This document shows positions 58,511 through 58,733 of a DNA stretch of 58,733 bases, piece after piece. Every line of letters starts with the position of its first letter. Within the stretch, counting starts at the first letter, position 1. Source of the stretch: a virus (taxonomy: Duplodnaviria; Caudoviricetes); IMG/VR virus record IMGVR_UViG_3300028766_000008, positions 1 through 58,733 of that record, one strand, 5' to 3'. The position numbers and the translations under genes were made by a program. The notes beneath the pieces were generated by a model that was not told where the DNA came from, did no database searches, and saw nothing but the letters and a program-made list of their open reading frames with translations.

Positions 58511-58733
58511 ATGACTACACAAAAGAGCCAAGCCGAAATTGAAATCGAAGCCCTTCAGGATGTTTTTAACATCGCCACAACCGGCTTTGACGAGTTTTAT
58601 AAAACTGCCAAGGAGAAGGATAAGGATAAGGGCGACTACAGCACAGCCGCATCGTCGGGCTACTACAGCACAGCCGCATCGTCGGGCTACGGCAGCAAAG
58701 CCGCATCGTCGGGCTACGGCAGCAAAGCCGCAT
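58511..58733 (+). CDS. N-terminal part of second 9-aa-repeat protein (continues at base 1)
   Basis: MTTQKSQAEIEIEALQDVFN identical to 57348 gene; open to the window end. Confidence 0.85.
   Translation, partial: MTTQKSQAEIEIEALQDVFNIATTGFDEFYKTAKEKDKDKGDYSTAASSGYYSTAASSGYGSKAASSGYGSKAA

Noticed and set aside
57462-58733. Diversity-generating retroelement (NAC/NNC codons resemble A-to-N mutagenesis; BPP-1-like virion genes)
   Set aside because: No reverse transcriptase ORF or TR/VR pair seen; the synonymous A in gca is invariant and a ggc/ggt change is not adenine-based. A trans-acting RT cannot be fully excluded

Overview
The window looks like a complete, circularly permuted ~58.6 kb podovirus-type phage genome: bases 1-126 recur exactly at 58589-58714, and one ORF runs across the join. 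The minus strand from ~1.0 to 37.7 kb carries a late operon with BPP-1/epsilon15-like gene order: terminases, portal, scaffold, capsid, cement proteins, tail tubes, ejection proteins, fibres and lysis genes. Three glycosyltransferases, two GNAT-like genes, a LuxR-type HTH and an orphan HicA are interspersed in it. The 38-51 kb region holds early, replication and recombination genes (ArdC-like, ASCH, Cro-like, SF3 helicase, VRR-NUC-like, YqaJ, RecT, HNH, Arc/RHH regulators). I recognise no integrase, DNA polymerase, primase, reverse transcriptase, tRNA or CRISPR array. The most unusual part is 51-58.7 kb plus 1-1.1 kb. An overlapping divergent promoter and a degenerate serine-resolvase-like gene separate two arrays of small genes. 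Leftward genes share a start-associated motif (ATGACTGAAACGACGAA / AAACGAC). Rightward units are separated by a TAACCCC motif and include a candidate kissing-loop ncRNA, a (Gly-X)51 protein and two paralogues built from 27-nt repeats with a variable di-residue. All family assignments come from motif recognition by eye, not database searches.
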